Source of the DNA: Mobula hypostoma
Taxonomy: Eukaryota
Direction of reading: 5' to 3'
Length of the DNA stretch: 64,000 bases
Assembly: GCF_963921235.1 (NCBI RefSeq)
Contig: NC_086108.1
Location: forward strand, 47,370,001 to 47,434,000
The notes under the pieces: model-generated
Database searches by the model: none
What the model saw: only the letters and a program-made list of their open reading frames with translations
Told to the model about the DNA's origin: nothing
Part shown: piece after piece, positions 62,500 through 64,000 of the stretch
Numbering within the stretch: position 1 is the first letter of the stretch
How the letters are laid out: the number at the start of each line of letters is the position of its first letter
Position numbers and translations under genes: made by a program

Positions 62500-64000
62500 A
62501 GAGAATACGTCTCAGAAATATGGAATTCAGGCGTCAGTGTATAGAAGAGGGTTTTATAAACGTTTTCCCAGTTTTGGGCTATAAAGATGCAGAGAGGCGG
62601 GAGGGACGGACATTTCGTGCACTGTGTCACTGGGAGTTTCTTTCTCCCTGTGCTTATTCGCGGGGGACATCATCCCAGTTCTGTGAGTTTTGGGGTGATA
62701 AATCTGCACTGTTACATAAAAAGCGGTTAAATGTTGATTTAGGCATGAACGGAATAAAAACATTCGATCTCTTTAATAGTTTCAGCGCGATAACATTATT
62801 ATTGTTAGACATAATGAAGAAATTCCGAAGATACGTTTCTTGATATACCTAATATTCACTCTGCAATTTGAAGGGTCTTGCTACTATCTAACTTTCAGTA
62901 ATTTTCACAAACAAAGCCAAAAGTGTGAGTGGACACATTGGGCAATCGCGCTGCCCCGTTGGGCTTAGCTAATTTACCACGGACAGAAGGAAGCCTCTTG
63001 TCGCCCATTTCTGTAACGTTCAGCGTGTCACCGTCCATGCTTGGGCTGAGATTTACCACTTCGCCATTTTACCAGTTACTTTGGGGGAAATTAGGCAAAG
63101 GGCATAAAATCATCAGCCCAGAGAAAGGAACCAAACGGCCCCCAAACAAATGCCTACAGCAACTAACCCCTATTGCAGTGGAAAAGTCCAATTTGTTTTT
63201 AAACAAGACCTATCCATACACAGTTAGTGACCATTAGTTATAAAGCCAGAGAAAGGCCCAGTAAGGAAACAGACAATTTGGTCAGTGATGGCCGTCAACC
63301 ATGCATTAATCCCATTGTTGTGCATTCCATTTGTTTGCTTTAACTTGCTTGTTTATCGTGCGGGTTTCCATTTTATTCACATTTTAAAGGTTAACAGAAA
63401 AATAAAATTGGAAAGCAGCAATAGTAGAAAATGTGAAATCCTAGACGTGGGCCCCAAGAGAAGACAGCAGCAAACCGCGGATGTAGCCAGCAAAGTAGTC
63501 GTGGGACCCCAGCGGCGCAAGGGAAGCCCTCCTGATTAATTAATGCTTTTAAACCAGAATTACAACCGCCACTTTGCTTTCGTCGTTGAGCGCTCCAATT
63601 ATTATACCCTTACAATGAAGGTAACTGTGTGATTTAATGGGAATTCCCCTGATCTCACGAAACAGGGCAGCGCCGCACACCCACTGAAGCCTGTGCTCTC
63701 CGCGCTTTCGATGCCGTAACTGTAAAGGCATTTCCCCCAAATGTTCCAAATGCATCGGCGCTGTTTGCTCCTTCCTTTTGTTGGCTGTTGTTTGTGAAAG
63801 CCGCTTCCTGGGCTGCATTTTAAATGCAATGGATTTAGTTCACGAATCAGGCTGCGGCTGCTGACGGAACGGCCGCCACGCCACGTCTCCATCTCCTGAG
63901 CGAGAGCGCACTGTCACATTTAACAAACCGATAAATTACGGACTTTAGGGTTGGAATGAGACAAACGCTGCTCTTTTAGTCTGCCGACTAACTTAGAAAT
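62500..64000. promoter_or_regulatory. TE-free, CpG-retaining unique region; putative CpG-island edge or enhancer
   Basis: Visibly many CG dinucleotides (cagcggcgca, cgccgca, ccgcgctttcg, cggccgccacgccacg) compared with the CpG-depleted unique DNA elsewhere; no repeat recognised. Confidence 0.5.

Overview
Non-coding, repeat-dense vertebrate genomic DNA. The repeat set (CR1/HER1-type LINEs, HE1/V-type and Deu-type SINEs, abundant Neptune-type Penelope-like elements, Rex1/Babar, L2 and RTE LINEs) points to a cartilaginous fish, probably a ray; this is inference. I recognise no host protein-coding exon, and the long ORFs I can assign are transposon remnants or simple-repeat artefacts. Most of the window is transposable elements, several nested: a Tc1 (DD34E) element, a hAT element, a solo LTR, two near-full-length CR1s, tRNA-derived SINEs, and a 1.26-kb purine-rich 7-mer satellite. 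The most notable system is the Penelope-like element family. Its 3' pseudo-LTR carries a minimal type-I hammerhead ribozyme (CUGANGA...GAAAC-GUC), present in about a dozen copies with an intact core in at least three. The family also produces tiny ORF-less fold-back insertions; the best example is 37213-37457, with a 14-bp TSD, 101-bp inverted arms, a hammerhead on each strand and a 38-nt tail. TE-poor AT/TAAT-rich blocks and a CpG-rich right end suggest conserved regulatory DNA near a gene outside the window. Boundaries of old repeats are approximate, read by eye.
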